This document shows, in pieces, positions 46,613 to 58,057 of a stretch of 64,000 nucleotides of DNA; within the stretch, counting starts at the first letter, position 1, and each line of letters opens with the position of its first letter. The translations under genes were made by a program, and so were the position numbers. A model generated the notes under the pieces. The model had not been told where the DNA came from. It saw only the letters and a list, made by a program, of their open reading frames with translations, and made no database searches. Location of the stretch: contig JBOEGF010000024.1 in the NCBI GenBank assembly GCA_050633305.1, forward strand, positions 192,001-256,000. Reading direction: 5' to 3'. This DNA is from Nannocystales bacterium (lineage in GTDB: Bacteria; Myxococcota_A; Polyangia; Nannocystales; Nannocystaceae).

Positions 46613-47839
46613 TTACATCGCGTCCTGGTGCGGAGCGGGCGCGGAGACGTAGCGGTCGGCCTCGACTTCGACGAAACCGGGGGCGGGTCGGGCGAAGAAG
46701 TAGCCCTGCATCCAGCCGCAGCCGGCCTCGAGCAGGGCGTCCCGCTCGTTTTCGTTCTCGACACCCTCGGAGATCGTCATCGATCCGATCTCGGCTGCGA
46801 ACTGATGCATGCGTTGCAGCAACCGGCGCTTCACCGGGTGGAGATGGAGGTCGCGGATGAGCGCCATGTCGAACTTGATGAAGTCCGGATCGAGCTCCGC
46901 GAGCGCGGTGAGACCCGCGTAGCCGCTTCCGAGGTCATCGATCGCGAGTCGGTATCCCCGCTCCCGCAGGGCCGAGAAAAACGTCTTCACGCGCCGGTAG
47001 TCGCCGATCGCGGCCCGTTCGGTGAGTTCGAAGACGATCGAGGAGGCGAACTTGGTGAGCTCGCCGTCGAGCGCTTCCTTGGCAAACAAAGGGTCGTCGA
47101 GATCGCTGGGGTGGATGTTGATGAAGTGCAGGCGCTCTTCGGAGCCGCACACGGAAAGCTCGTCCGCAATGATCTGTCGCAGCACCCGGCTCAACGCGTG
47201 GACCCGGTTGGTCCGCTCGGCCACGCCGAAGATCAGGTCGGGGAACTTCATCCCGTCCATCGTCCCGCGACAGAGCCATTCGTACGCGATGATGCTGGTC
47301 GAGTGGCAATCCACGATCGGCTGGTGGTGGAAATGGAACGCCCGCTCCGAGATCGCTCGGTCGAGCAACGAGGCCGAGCACTCGAGTTGGTAGCCTTTGG
47401 GGTCGGATGCGGCGCGCGCAGCCGCGGCGACCGCTCGCGCAAACGCGCGGGCACGCTGGGCGTCGCCGAGCCTGACCGGTACGCGCGAGATCGAGAGCGT
47501 ACTCGCGTCAACTGTGCAAGGGAGCAGGGGCGAAATCGCCTCGAGAATGGCCGCGTGCAGGATCTCTTGGGAGAGGTCCTCGCCGCCAGCATGTCGCCAC
47601 GCGATGAAGTCGTCGGCCGGCCAATGGCGGACCCCGTACTCGCGGCCGCTGAGACCCAGCACGCCGACGAGGGCGCGACCGACGTGATCGAGGAGCGTTG
47701 CGTGGGCGTCGAAGCCGGCCTCTTGCTCAAACTCGGCCCCGAAGGGCATGCGGACGTAATACAGCTCCAGGGCTTCGTCTGGTGCTCCTAATTGGAGGGA
47801 CGGGGGAATCGTCCAAGCGGCATCGAGGCGGAAGGTCAT
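46613..47839 (-). CDS. EAL phosphodiesterase with degenerate GGDEF-like N-terminus
   Basis: HQPIVD, EWLCR, FELTE, AIDDLGSGY, IKFD, EGVE and QGYFFARP; PADDF at the GGDEF position. Confidence 0.85.
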   Translation of the reverse strand: MTFRLDAAWTIPPSLQLGAPDEALELYYVRMPFGAEFEQEAGFDAHATLLDHVGRALVGVLGLSGREYGVRHWPADDFIAWRHAGGEDLSQEILHAAILEAISPLLPCTVDASTLSISRVPVRLGDAQRARAFARAVAAAARAASDPKGYQLECSASLLDRAISERAFHFHHQPIVDCHSTSIIAYEWLCRGTMDGMKFPDLIFGVAERTNRVHALSRVLRQIIADELSVCGSEERLHFINIHPSDLDDPLFAKEALDGELTKFASSIVFELTERAAIGDYRRVKTFFSALRERGYRLAIDDLGSGYAGLTALAELDPDFIKFDMALIRDLHLHPVKRRLLQRMHQFAAEIGSMTISEGVENENERDALLEAGCGWMQGYFFARPAPGFVEVEADRYVSAPAPHQDAM

Positions 47840-48051
47840 TGGCGCACCTGGGGCATCGACGCCCACCCTGCCGTCTTGAGCCCCGGATCCGGCCGGTCGG
47901 GTCGGGGGAGGTTGTGTCTGTGCAGGAAGTGGCCTGTATGAAACCGCCCCTGATGTCAGGAAAGGACGCCGGTCAGCGCGATGCCGCGCCGCAGTCTCTT
48001 GATCGACCGCCCTCGAAATCAGTACACTCGTACCCGGTGCAAGGGGTTTCC

Positions 48052-49731
48052 ATGAACTTGCCGGGCGAGCCTTCCGGGACTCGCCTCGGCAAGTATCAGC
48101 TGCTGCGTCGAATCGCGACGGGGGGCATGGCGGAGATTTTTCTCGCCCGCGCGCAAGCGATGCACGGCTTCGAGAAGCAGGTCGTGCTCAAACGGATTCT
48201 TCCGCAGCACGCATCGAGTGACGACTTCATTCGGATGTTCCTCGCTGAAGCCCGCCTCGCCGCGACGCTCCACCACCCCAACATCGTTCAGGTCTACGAC
48301 ATCGGAGAAGAGGCGGGAGCCTACTTCTTTACGATGGAATACATCCAGGGGGAGGACCTTCGCCGCCTGGTCCGCGCTGCGCGTCGCAAGCAGACACCCA
48401 TCCCCCTTGCCCACATCCTGCACATCATCATGGGGATGGCAGGTGGGCTGCACCACGCCCACGAGAAGATCGGAACCGACGGTCTTCCCCTCGGGATCGT
48501 GCACCGCGACGTGTCTCCGTCCAACGTTCTGGTCACTTACGAAGGTGACGTGAAGGTGGTGGACTTCGGGATCGCGAAGGCTGCGGCGGCGCAGAACTCC
48601 ACCATTGCCGGCACTCTCAAGGGCAAGATCCCGTACATGTCCCCGGAGCAATGCCGGGGGGAACTCGTCGATCGACGCAGCGACATCTTCTCGATCGGCA
48701 CGTTGTTGTGGGAGCTGACAACGGGCAAGCGATTGTTCGCTGGGGAGAACGAGTTCGCGATCCTCAACCGTGTGGCCAAGGCCGATGTGCCGCCCCCGAG
48801 CAGTGTGCGGCCGGAATACCCGCCCGAGCTCGAGGCCATCGTGATGCGGGCGCTCTCCGTCGATCCCGAAAACCGGTACCCGACCGCGATCGATCTCCAG
48901 ATCGATCTCGAGGATTTCGCTCGCGAGGCGCGGCTTCCCGTGTCCTCGGCCCGGATGGGCCGGTTCATGCGGGCGCTGTTCGACGAGGAGCTGAAGGCCG
49001 CGGCGGCGGAGAGAATCTCCGCGCCGGCCTCCACCGACGTGCCCGGTGGGACGATGATCGTCTCGCCAAGCAGTCCGCCGGAGGGGATCTCCGATCTCAC
49101 CCCAAGCGAGGTTCGACTGCACGGCGAACCGACGCCGGGTCTTGTCCCTGGCGTCGGGGGATCGGGAACCGACATTTCCATCGTTGAGGCGCCACCCAAA
49201 CGTCGAAACCCGGCGGTCGCACTGGGTGCAGGATTCCTGCTGACGCTCGGCCTCGGTGGGGGGGCGTACATGGCGTTCGGCGGAGACGACCAAGCCAACG
49301 CTGCCTCCGTGAGCGCATCGGAGGGCACTCCCCAGCGCGAGATCGAGGCGGTTCCCGTGGAGCCGGATCCCAGCGAGCTCGCCGGATCGGACCCGGCCCC
49401 GACCGCGGTCGATGAGGTGCCTGCGCAGGCTCTCGGTGATGCGCCGACCCTTGCCCCTGGGAGCGCCCCCGAAGGCGACCCGTCCGCCCCGTCAGGGGAC
49501 GCCGGCACCGAACGACCCGATCCTGCTGCTGAAGCGAAGCCTGTGCCTTCCGCTCCGGTCGCGTCGGCAGCAAAGGAACCCGCCCGATCGGAGCGCACAA
49601 AGCCGCGCCGAACACCGCGCAAGTCCAAGAGGGTGGCGAAGCCGGCGACGGACAAGCCCAAGGACCCGGCACCGGAACCCGCGAAGAAGCCGCGGTACGA
49701 CGAGAACTCGGCACGCCTGCCGGGAATGTGA
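48052..49731 (+). CDS. Membrane Ser/Thr protein kinase
   Basis: GGMAEIF, VVLK, HRDVSPSN, DFG, YMSPEQ; TM segment and Pro-rich C-terminus. Confidence 0.95.
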   Translation: MNLPGEPSGTRLGKYQLLRRIATGGMAEIFLARAQAMHGFEKQVVLKRILPQHASSDDFIRMFLAEARLAATLHHPNIVQVYDIGEEAGAYFFTMEYIQGEDLRRLVRAARRKQTPIPLAHILHIIMGMAGGLHHAHEKIGTDGLPLGIVHRDVSPSNVLVTYEGDVKVVDFGIAKAAAAQNSTIAGTLKGKIPYMSPEQCRGELVDRRSDIFSIGTLLWELTTGKRLFAGENEFAILNRVAKADVPPPSSVRPEYPPELEAIVMRALSVDPENRYPTAIDLQIDLEDFAREARLPVSSARMGRFMRALFDEELKAAAAERISAPASTDVPGGTMIVSPSSPPEGISDLTPSEVRLHGEPTPGLVPGVGGSGTDISIVEAPPKRRNPAVALGAGFLLTLGLGGGAYMAFGGDDQANAASVSASEGTPQREIEAVPVEPDPSELAGSDPAPTAVDEVPAQALGDAPTLAPGSAPEGDPSAPSGDAGTERPDPAAEAKPVPSAPVASAAKEPARSERTKPRRTPRKSKRVAKPATDKPKDPAPEPAKKPRYDENSARLPGM

Positions 49732-49820
49732 CCGACGTGTGGGCCTCGACGGCGCCCCGGTTCGTTGGGCATGATTGAATCGGATCGAGTCGGATCCAGA
49801 AGGTCCAAACGAGTCCAGCT

Positions 49821-50639
49821 TTGAGACGTATCGGTAGAAGCTCCTTCCTCCGCGTGATCTCGATCGGTGTCGCCCTTAGCTTCACCGGTCCCGTGATGGC
49901 GCACAGCGCCGCCGCTCCGGCGCCCAACGGGTTCGACAACGCTGACGCCGAGGCGCTCTACCTCGAGGGGTTGTCGAAGTTCGATGTCGGCGATTTCGAG
50001 GGGGCGCTCGAGAAAGTCGAGGCTTCGCTGGCGATCGAGAGCACTGCGATGTCGATGTACGCGCAGGCGCAGAGCCTCAACAAGCTCGGGCGCTGCCGAG
50101 AGGCGGTTCCAATCTACAACGAGTTGCTTGGCATGCTGCCGGAGAACAGCGTCGCCCGTCCGGTGGTGGTCGACGCTCTGGTCAGCTGTGCCGCGAGGAT
50201 GGCCGAAGAAGACGAGGCCGTCGTCACGCCGCCTGTGGACCTCGGTGGCTCGGGGGACGCCGAGGGCGGGGATGGGTCCGGTCCCGTGGACGACCAGGCG
50301 CCGAGGTCGGGTGGGAAGAAGTGGTTCGTCGATCCGTACGCACCGGTTCTGATCGGGGTTGGAGCCATCGGCGTGGGCGTCGGGGGCTACTTCCTCGGGC
50401 AGGCATCCCAGGAAAACTCGAAGCCGGCCGAGCAATACGACGAGTTCGAGGCGAAGGGGGAGCGGGTCCGGCAGCTGCGGGTCCAGGGCGGGGTCATCCT
50501 TGGCGTCGGCGGGGCGCTTGTTCTCACAGGCGCGATTCGGTACGCGGTGCTCGGCATCCGCAACCGACGGAGTCGGACGGCGTTTACGCCCCTGGTTGGG
50601 CCGCGGTTGACCGGGGCTTCGTTCTCCGGGCGGTTCTGA
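49821..50639 (+). CDS. Secreted TPR protein with C-terminal membrane hairpin
   Basis: TPR helices (ALYLEG...FDVGDFEGAL, AQSLNKLGRCREA), two Gly-rich hydrophobic segments, ends SGRF. Confidence 0.8.
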   Translation: MRRIGRSSFLRVISIGVALSFTGPVMAHSAAAPAPNGFDNADAEALYLEGLSKFDVGDFEGALEKVEASLAIESTAMSMYAQAQSLNKLGRCREAVPIYNELLGMLPENSVARPVVVDALVSCAARMAEEDEAVVTPPVDLGGSGDAEGGDGSGPVDDQAPRSGGKKWFVDPYAPVLIGVGAIGVGVGGYFLGQASQENSKPAEQYDEFEAKGERVRQLRVQGGVILGVGGALVLTGAIRYAVLGIRNRRSRTAFTPLVGPRLTGASFSGRF

Positions 50640-50678
50640 TCCAAAGTCCAGTCCTTTGGCTTGCAGCGAGAGGTCCGT

Positions 50679-51459
<781 letters not shown>

Positions 51460-51476
<17 letters not shown>

Positions 51477-52965
51477 CGAGCCGCGGCAACAACCACAACC
51501 AGGCACCGAGCAGCGGGACGACGCTGAGGACGCCAGGGAGGCCGAGCAGCAACCCGAGGTTGGTATGTCCGGTGTTGGCCGAAGGTGCGGCTTCGGCAAG
51601 GCGCCCCAGCGCGAACTCCCACAGCGGGTCCCCATGTTGCGCGACTTCGGGGCTGGCGGCGGCCAGCAGGAGGGACTGGAAGACGCTGACTCCCAGCAGC
51701 ACCAAGCCCGCCCGCGGAACGGTACGAAGTACAGGGACGAGGCCGAGCATGAGGAAGCCCAGGGCCGGCACCATGTGGCGCGGACCCGCCGAGGCGCCGC
51801 CGTCCCACATGTAGTAGCCGGCGTTGAGCAGCCAGAAGTACAACGCGACGCAGGCTGCCGCGCCGAATCGAGCTCGATGTGGAGACCGGAGGACTCCCTG
51901 AGCCAAACCCCAGGCCGCGAGCAAGCACACCGGGCTCAGATAGAACAGCCCACGGAAACTCCCGAAGAGGAGTTCCAACGCGACGTGCGGATCGGGAACG
52001 CCAAGGCCGTAGCGCACTGCCATGCCTGCGGCGAATTCCTCTCGATAGACAAAGTCGTATCCCGTTGCGAGCGGGCTCCCGAACGCGATGGTGTGGTAGC
52101 CGGCAAGTATCAGAGCCCACGGCAGTCCTCCAGCGCTGAGCCAAAGGGCGTCCCGCAAGCTCCTCCGCTTCCACGTGAGAAGGACTGCGAGCCCCGCGAC
52201 GACCGCGGCGGGGTACTCGGTGAGGACGGCCGCACCGAGCAGCATCCCTGCCGAGAGCGGGGCCGAGGGGGGAGCGTCCGTAGGCGCCAGCTCCAAGATC
52301 GCGAATGCGGCGAGCAGGGCGGCACCGCACAGCGCATGGCCGTACAGCGAGGTCGAGTAGACCCACACGGGCGTTCCCAATCCCCAGGCCAGCGTGACCC
52401 AGGTCGCGACACGTTCATCGCCTAGGCTCAGTGAGCGTGCGAGTAAGAAGAGCGCGCAACCGCCGAGCAGTGCCGTGGGGAGGACGACGACGAAGAACGT
52501 GCACAGGTACAACGCGAACCTGTACGCAGGGCTGTAGCCGATACGGTCCCCGGGGAGCTTGTCGGCAGGGTCGAGGACGGTGCCGATTTCGCGCACCTTC
52601 GGGTCGAGAGACCGGACCGCGAACGTTGGAGGGTCTGTCCTGACGATCCTGTGGAGGACCGCATACGCGGCGTACGGAAGGACTGCGAAAAACGAAACCC
52701 CCGGCGCCTTGTCGCAATAGAAGTGGCCCTCGCGAAAACTCTTGTCGCCCGTGGTGTGGTGGCTGGCATCGATGACGGCGGTCTGGTCTTCCACCAACGC
52801 CCGGGTCAGCGCGAACCGGGAGTTCTGGTTCCACGCGGGTGCCCCGACGAAGAACGCGTAGGAGAAGACGAGCGCGCCGAGGAGCGGGAGCAGGGTCGCG
52901 CGAGCCGGGCTGAGCAAAGACGTCAGCCATGCGAAGCGACGCATGGGCTGCGCTGGTGCCGGCAT
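51460..52965 (-). CDS. GT-C-like polytopic membrane protein (putative glycosyltransferase)
   Basis: NQNSRFALTRAL, DKAPG, YSTSLYGH, RGLFYLSP, WDGGASAGPRH; shares a W-x-GG-x-x-x-GPR motif with 44393-45982. Confidence 0.65.
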
Positions 52966-52992
52966 CGGAGTCTCGGCCGCGGCGGCGCCGGG

Positions 52993-53952
52993 TCAGCCAG
53001 CAGCCGCTTCGATGCGCTGGAGCATGGAAGCGACGGCCTCGCCAAGGGCGGCGCGGCTCTGCTCGGCGAACTGAGCCTCGGGGCTTTGCGCCAAGCGTTG
53101 CAGCATTTGGTACGCGCCCGAGTACCGGCGACCCGGATCGCGGTCCAAGTTCTTTCGAACGATCTCAGAGAGCTTCGGAGAGAGCCCCGAGACTCGCCGG
53201 CTGGCTTGGCTGATGTCGAAACGGGTGATGTTCTCGCGGGTTTGGTCGTCGGTCTCGCCCGCGAGACAGCGTTCGCCGCGCAACATCTCCCACAGCATCA
53301 CGGCCATCGCGAACAGGTCGGTGCTCTGGTTCGCGGTGCCGCCGATACGCTCGGGGGCCATGTACGCCAGGTCGCCCGCGTCCCGCTCATCGTTCTCTTC
53401 GGGGAGCCACGCGCTGCGGGACCGGCCGAACCCGATCAGCACCGCGTCGCCATTGCGGGAGACCATGACGTTGGTCGGGTTGAGGTTGCGATGCACGAGT
53501 GCCAGCGGGGTGGGCCCGTCGTCACCCATGAACTCCATACCGTGCAGATGCCGCAGCGCGTCCGCGAGCTGCCCCATGATGTAGACGGCGACCTCCTTGG
53601 TGAGCTGGCGCGGCCGCCCTTCATCGTGTCCGAGCAAGGTGGACAGCTGGACACCGTCGACGCGGTCCATCACGACGTAGGGGATGCCGTCTTGGTCCCC
53701 CGCTGCATGCACCGTCGGCGAGCACGGGTGGTTGATGGACTGAAGCATCTTCACCTCGTGCTCGAACGCCGCCTGGCGGCGCGCCGCATCGGGGCCCACA
53801 GAGGAGCGAGGCGGCTGGAAGAGCTTGGCGACGTACGTGGGCCGCTCCTCGTTGGGCTCGTCCTCGTGGCGCACGAGGTAGACCCGGCATGACTCACCGG
53901 CGCCGGGGAGCTCGGAGACGAGTCGGTACTTGCCGAGGCTGCGCAGCTCCAT
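52993..53952 (-). CDS. Ser/Thr kinase-like protein, probable pseudokinase
   Basis: VAK and YMAPE kept, but HRN replaces HRD and GFG replaces DFG. Confidence 0.85.
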   Translation of the reverse strand: MELRSLGKYRLVSELPGAGESCRVYLVRHEDEPNEERPTYVAKLFQPPRSSVGPDAARRQAAFEHEVKMLQSINHPCSPTVHAAGDQDGIPYVVMDRVDGVQLSTLLGHDEGRPRQLTKEVAVYIMGQLADALRHLHGMEFMGDDGPTPLALVHRNLNPTNVMVSRNGDAVLIGFGRSRSAWLPEENDERDAGDLAYMAPERIGGTANQSTDLFAMAVMLWEMLRGERCLAGETDDQTRENITRFDISQASRRVSGLSPKLSEIVRKNLDRDPGRRYSGAYQMLQRLAQSPEAQFAEQSRAALGEAVASMLQRIEAAAG

Positions 53953-54043
53953 CGCTTTGCAGTGTGCATGCGCCCGATCCGCCTGTAAAGCGTCGTGCCG
54001 AGGCCGTTTTGCGCCCTGGCGTGGGGCCGGTATCGTGCCGCCC

Positions 54044-55363
54044 GTGTCCCGCGATGAGACAGCGCCGCACCTCGTCTTGGGTGCCGGACTTACCGGACTC
54101 TCGGCGGCCTTGCATGCGGCGCGCTCCAGCGCGGTGCCCGTGGCGGTTTTCGAACGCGCTGGGGAGGTTGGTGGGAAAGCGAGGAGCCGGCGCCGCGAGG
54201 GGTACACGTTCGACATCACTGGCCACTGGCTGCATCTGCGCGATGATCGGGTGCGCGCGCTGGCTGACACGCTGTTCGAGCCCGGAGATCTCGTTGAAAT
54301 CGAGCGAAGCACGGGGATCTACACCCACGGTCGAATGCTGCCATACCCGTTCCAGGCCAACCTCCACGGCCTTCCGTTGCCCGTTGTGCAGGAGTGTCTT
54401 GCGACGTTCCTCGAGGCTCAGGTCGAGGCGGGAAAACCCGGTGCGCTCGCCCCACGAACCTTCGAGGACTTCGCGGTGCAACGTTTCGGGCGCGGCATCG
54501 CGGAGGAGTTCTTCATCCCCTACAACCGCAAGCTTTGGGGGGCGGCTTACGATGACCTCACTCCGAACTGGATTTCGCGGTTCGTGCCGCTGCCGGACGT
54601 TCGACAGGTGATCGGCGGCGCCATCGGGCTCCGCCAGGACGGTCTCGGGTACAACGCCCGCTATCGGTATCCATCCTCAGGTGGCATCGATGCGCTCCCC
54701 CGTGCGATGGGCCGGGCCGTCGTGGAGGCTGGGATCCCGATCCACACCGAGACCGACGTCGTCCGGATCGATCCCGTCGGCCGCGAGGTGCACATGGCCG
54801 ATGGCCGCGTGCAATCCTACGACCGCCTGGTGTCGACGCTCCCGTTGCCGGAGCTGGTGCGGCGGCTCGACGGCGTTCCGGCGGAACTTCAGGAGGCCGC
54901 CGGCCGTCTGCGGTGGGTTCGCTGGCGCTACCTCGACGTCGGGACGACGGCACCGATCCCGATGGATGAGCACTGGGTCTACGTCCCCGACCCCGCGATC
55001 CCGTTCTTCCGGGTGGGCTGCTACTCCAACGCGCTCCCTGCGATGGCGCCACAGGGGTGCGGATCGCTGTACGTCGAGCTCGCGGACCGCGACAACCCCC
55101 CGGACCTGCCGGCGATCATGGCCGGATTGGTCGAGATGGGCGCGCTATCGGCCCCTGACGACGTCGCGTTCGCCGACGTGCATGACATCGAGTATGCCTA
55201 CGTCGTGTTCGACGAGGGTTATTCGAGCGCCCGAGAGGCGCTGTTCTCCCACCTCGAGGGTCTGGGGATTCGCAGTTGCGGCCGCTATGGCGCGTGGATC
55301 TACAACTCGATGGAGGACAGCATCCTCGCAGGAATGGAGGCCGCACAGTGGCTGAGCAGCTGA
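54044..55363 (+). CDS. FAD-dependent oxidoreductase, UDP-galactopyranose mutase / protoporphyrinogen oxidase-like
   Basis: GAGLTG, GGKARS, FDITGHWLH, PYNRKLW, YPSSGG, GRYGAWIYNSMEDS. Confidence 0.8.
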   Translation: MSRDETAPHLVLGAGLTGLSAALHAARSSAVPVAVFERAGEVGGKARSRRREGYTFDITGHWLHLRDDRVRALADTLFEPGDLVEIERSTGIYTHGRMLPYPFQANLHGLPLPVVQECLATFLEAQVEAGKPGALAPRTFEDFAVQRFGRGIAEEFFIPYNRKLWGAAYDDLTPNWISRFVPLPDVRQVIGGAIGLRQDGLGYNARYRYPSSGGIDALPRAMGRAVVEAGIPIHTETDVVRIDPVGREVHMADGRVQSYDRLVSTLPLPELVRRLDGVPAELQEAAGRLRWVRWRYLDVGTTAPIPMDEHWVYVPDPAIPFFRVGCYSNALPAMAPQGCGSLYVELADRDNPPDLPAIMAGLVEMGALSAPDDVAFADVHDIEYAYVVFDEGYSSAREALFSHLEGLGIRSCGRYGAWIYNSMEDSILAGMEAAQWLSS

Positions 55364-56115
55364 AGGACCCCGAGGTCACGGTCGTCATCCCGGTCTACAA
55401 CGAGGCCGCGATCCTCGCTCAGAGCGTCGAGGGGCTCGTCGCCGGGCTTCGTTCGCTGTTGGGCGAGGGTGCCTTTGAGGTGGTGCTGGCCGAGAACGGA
55501 AGCCGGGATGGCACGCCCGAGCTCGCCGCGGCGCTGGGGGAGCGATTCGAGGAGGTCACGACGTTCTCGTACCCCGAGCCGAACTACGGTGGGGCGCTCC
55601 GCGAAGGCATCTACCGAGCCCGCGGCCGCTTCGTGGTGTGCGAGGAGATCGACCTGTGCGACCTCGACTTCCATGCGCGCGCGCTGGATGTCCTGCGTAG
55701 CGAGCAGGCGCAGATGGTCATCGGGTCCAAGGCCATGCGCGGGGCCAACGACCAGCGCCCGCTCAAGCGACGGGTGGCGACGCTCGCCTACAACGGACTG
55801 CTCCGGGTCACGTTGGGCTTTCGCGGAACGGACACGCACGGCCTCAAGGCCTTTGCGCGGACTCCGTTGCTGCCCATCGTGGCCGGCTGCGTCGTGGAGC
55901 ACGATGTGTTCGCCAGCGAGCTGGTGATCCGTGCCCAGCGAGCCGGACGCGTCTGTCGCGAGATTCCCGTCGAACTCAACGAGAAGCGGGCACCGTCGAT
56001 TCGGTTGGGAGCCCGTGTGCCACGCGTGCTCAAGAACCTCATGCGGCTGATGGTTTCCATCCATCTCACGGCGGAGCACGACGGGCCTCCGCCCGAGTCC
56101 GCGGCGCGCGAGTGA
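55348..56115 (+). CDS. Glycosyltransferase family 2 (polyprenol-phosphate glycosyltransferase-like)
   Basis: VVIPVYNE, ENGSRDGT, YGGALREG, DTHGLKAF. Confidence 0.88.
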   Translation: MAEQLKDPEVTVVIPVYNEAAILAQSVEGLVAGLRSLLGEGAFEVVLAENGSRDGTPELAAALGERFEEVTTFSYPEPNYGGALREGIYRARGRFVVCEEIDLCDLDFHARALDVLRSEQAQMVIGSKAMRGANDQRPLKRRVATLAYNGLLRVTLGFRGTDTHGLKAFARTPLLPIVAGCVVEHDVFASELVIRAQRAGRVCREIPVELNEKRAPSIRLGARVPRVLKNLMRLMVSIHLTAEHDGPPPESAARE

Positions 56116-57017
56116 TGCCCGAGAAGACCACCGCGGTCAGCGTCGACCTCGACGACCTGGGTTGCTACTACGGCGTCCATGGCGTGCCGGGGCAGGCCCG
56201 TCCCTACGCCCTGACGTGTTGGCTTCCACGGTTTCTCGAGCTGTTCGAAACGTTGCGGATCAAGGCGACGTTCTTCGTCATCGGCCGCGATCTCGAAGCC
56301 GATCTAGAACGGGGCGGTGAAGGGGCGGCCGTGTTGCGGGCCGCTGCGCAGGCGGGGCACGAACTCGCCAGTCACTCTTGGTCACACGCCTACGACATGA
56401 GTGTGTGGGACGAGCCCAGGGTTCTCGAGGACCTACAACGCTGTGACGCGCTTCTTCGGGAGGTTGGCGGCACACCGCGCGGGTTCCGTGCGCCTGGCTA
56501 CACCCACGGGCTGCCCATGCTTCAGGCCGTTGCAGCGATGGGGTACCGCTACGACAGCTCCTGCCTGCCTTCTCCCGTCTACTACGCAGGGAAAGTCGGT
56601 GTGATGGCAGCGATGGCGCTGCGAGGCCGTCGCTCGTCGTCCCAGTTCCGAGGCGCCCGCTCGTTTGTCGGCCCCCTCGAGCCGTATCGGCGGACCGATG
56701 TCGACTTGGTCGAGCTCCCCATGAGCGTGTCACCGGTGTTGCGCCTGCCGATCATTGGGACGACGGTGCTGGGCGGACCGGACTGGGTGCGCCGACGCTT
56801 GAGCGCCGCCGCCAGCGAGCTTCCGCATCTGCACTTGGAGCTGCATGCGATCGACTTGGCCGATGCGATGCGTGATGGCATCGAGGCGCCACTTCCTGAG
56901 CTTCGCGTACCGCTGGCCACTCGCGAGGCACGGCTGACAGCGCTGCTGCGAGGTCGTGGAGAGAGTCTTCGGCTCGACGAACTCGCAGACCGTGTCTGCG
57001 GAGCGGATGGTCGGTAG
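56112..57017 (+). CDS. Polysaccharide deacetylase family protein
   Basis: SVDLD, ATFFVIG, GHELASHSWSH, GFRAPGY, YDSS. Confidence 0.88.
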   Translation: MMPEKTTAVSVDLDDLGCYYGVHGVPGQARPYALTCWLPRFLELFETLRIKATFFVIGRDLEADLERGGEGAAVLRAAAQAGHELASHSWSHAYDMSVWDEPRVLEDLQRCDALLREVGGTPRGFRAPGYTHGLPMLQAVAAMGYRYDSSCLPSPVYYAGKVGVMAAMALRGRRSSSQFRGARSFVGPLEPYRRTDVDLVELPMSVSPVLRLPIIGTTVLGGPDWVRRRLSAAASELPHLHLELHAIDLADAMRDGIEAPLPELRVPLATREARLTALLRGRGESLRLDELADRVCGADGR

Positions 57018-57073
57018 GAAAGGAGCCCACCGGAGCATGCATTCTCTGCCGCGTCTCCGTACACTGCGGGCGC

Positions 57074-58057
57074 ATGGCGGGAATCGGGGAACTCGTCGTC
57101 GGCGCCTTGTTGCTGGGACTGGGCCCGACGAGCCAGCCTGCGCGTGACCGAACAGCCTGGGTCGCCGAGACATCGGTCGAGGGCGACGTTCAGCCGGAGG
57201 GCGGGGGCGTGTTCGACCTCGCGTTTCGCGAGGGGCTCTCGCGCGGTGGGTTCGAGCTACGACCCGACCCGGACCCCGAGACCTGCGGTGCAGCTCCTGA
57301 AGCCGGGTGTCATGTGCGGGCAGCACGACGCGCGGAGGCGGACTATGCCGTTGCCCTCTCGGTTTCGGTGACGCGGCGCGACTACGCGATCGCGGTCCTC
57401 GTATTGGATGCGCGGACAGGGGAGAGCATCGCGGAGAGTCGGGAGACCTGCGATGTCTGCGGGGTCGCGGAGGCGACCGCGGTGGTGGACTCCGTCGCCG
57501 GGGCGATCTCAGCCCGCCTCGACGCGCTCGCACTCGAGCCCCCGACGCTCGCGTTCCGAAGTCGTCCGTCGGCGGTGTTGATCCGGGTCGACGGGGATGT
57601 CGTCGGCGAGACGCCGTTCGAACGCTCGGTACCACCAGGAACCCACATCGTCCGCGCCGAGAAGACGGGCTTCGTCCCCGAGGAGCGGAGCATCGAAGCC
57701 GTCCCGGGAGTGTCGTCGTCGGTGATGTTCGAGCTCGAGCCTACGCCCGAGGATCCTGGGATGGCGGCCGCTCGCGACCGGCGGAGGCGCTGGGGCTGGG
57801 GCATGACAGGGGTTGGGGCAGGGTCGGTGCTCACGGGCGCGACGTTGATCGGGGTCCATGGGCTCCCCAATCGCTTGCAGTGCGGTGGCGACGAGGTCGA
57901 CCAGGATGGGGACTGCAAGTTCATCCTCGCCACGCGGGTCCCGGGGATCGTGGTGGGCGTGGTGGGTGTGGGACTGGTCTCCGCAGGCGTAGCGTTGTGG
58001 GTGCGCAACCGTCCCCGGCGTCGTGTCGCCGCAACCGTCGGGGGTATTCGGTTCTAG
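57074..58057 (+). CDS. PEGA domain protein
   Basis: RSRPSAVLIRVDGDVVGETP...PGTHIVRAEKTGF, then a membrane hairpin. Confidence 0.8.
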   Translation: MAGIGELVVGALLLGLGPTSQPARDRTAWVAETSVEGDVQPEGGGVFDLAFREGLSRGGFELRPDPDPETCGAAPEAGCHVRAARRAEADYAVALSVSVTRRDYAIAVLVLDARTGESIAESRETCDVCGVAEATAVVDSVAGAISARLDALALEPPTLAFRSRPSAVLIRVDGDVVGETPFERSVPPGTHIVRAEKTGFVPEERSIEAVPGVSSSVMFELEPTPEDPGMAAARDRRRRWGWGMTGVGAGSVLTGATLIGVHGLPNRLQCGGDEVDQDGDCKFILATRVPGIVVGVVGVGLVSAGVALWVRNRPRRRVAATVGGIRF

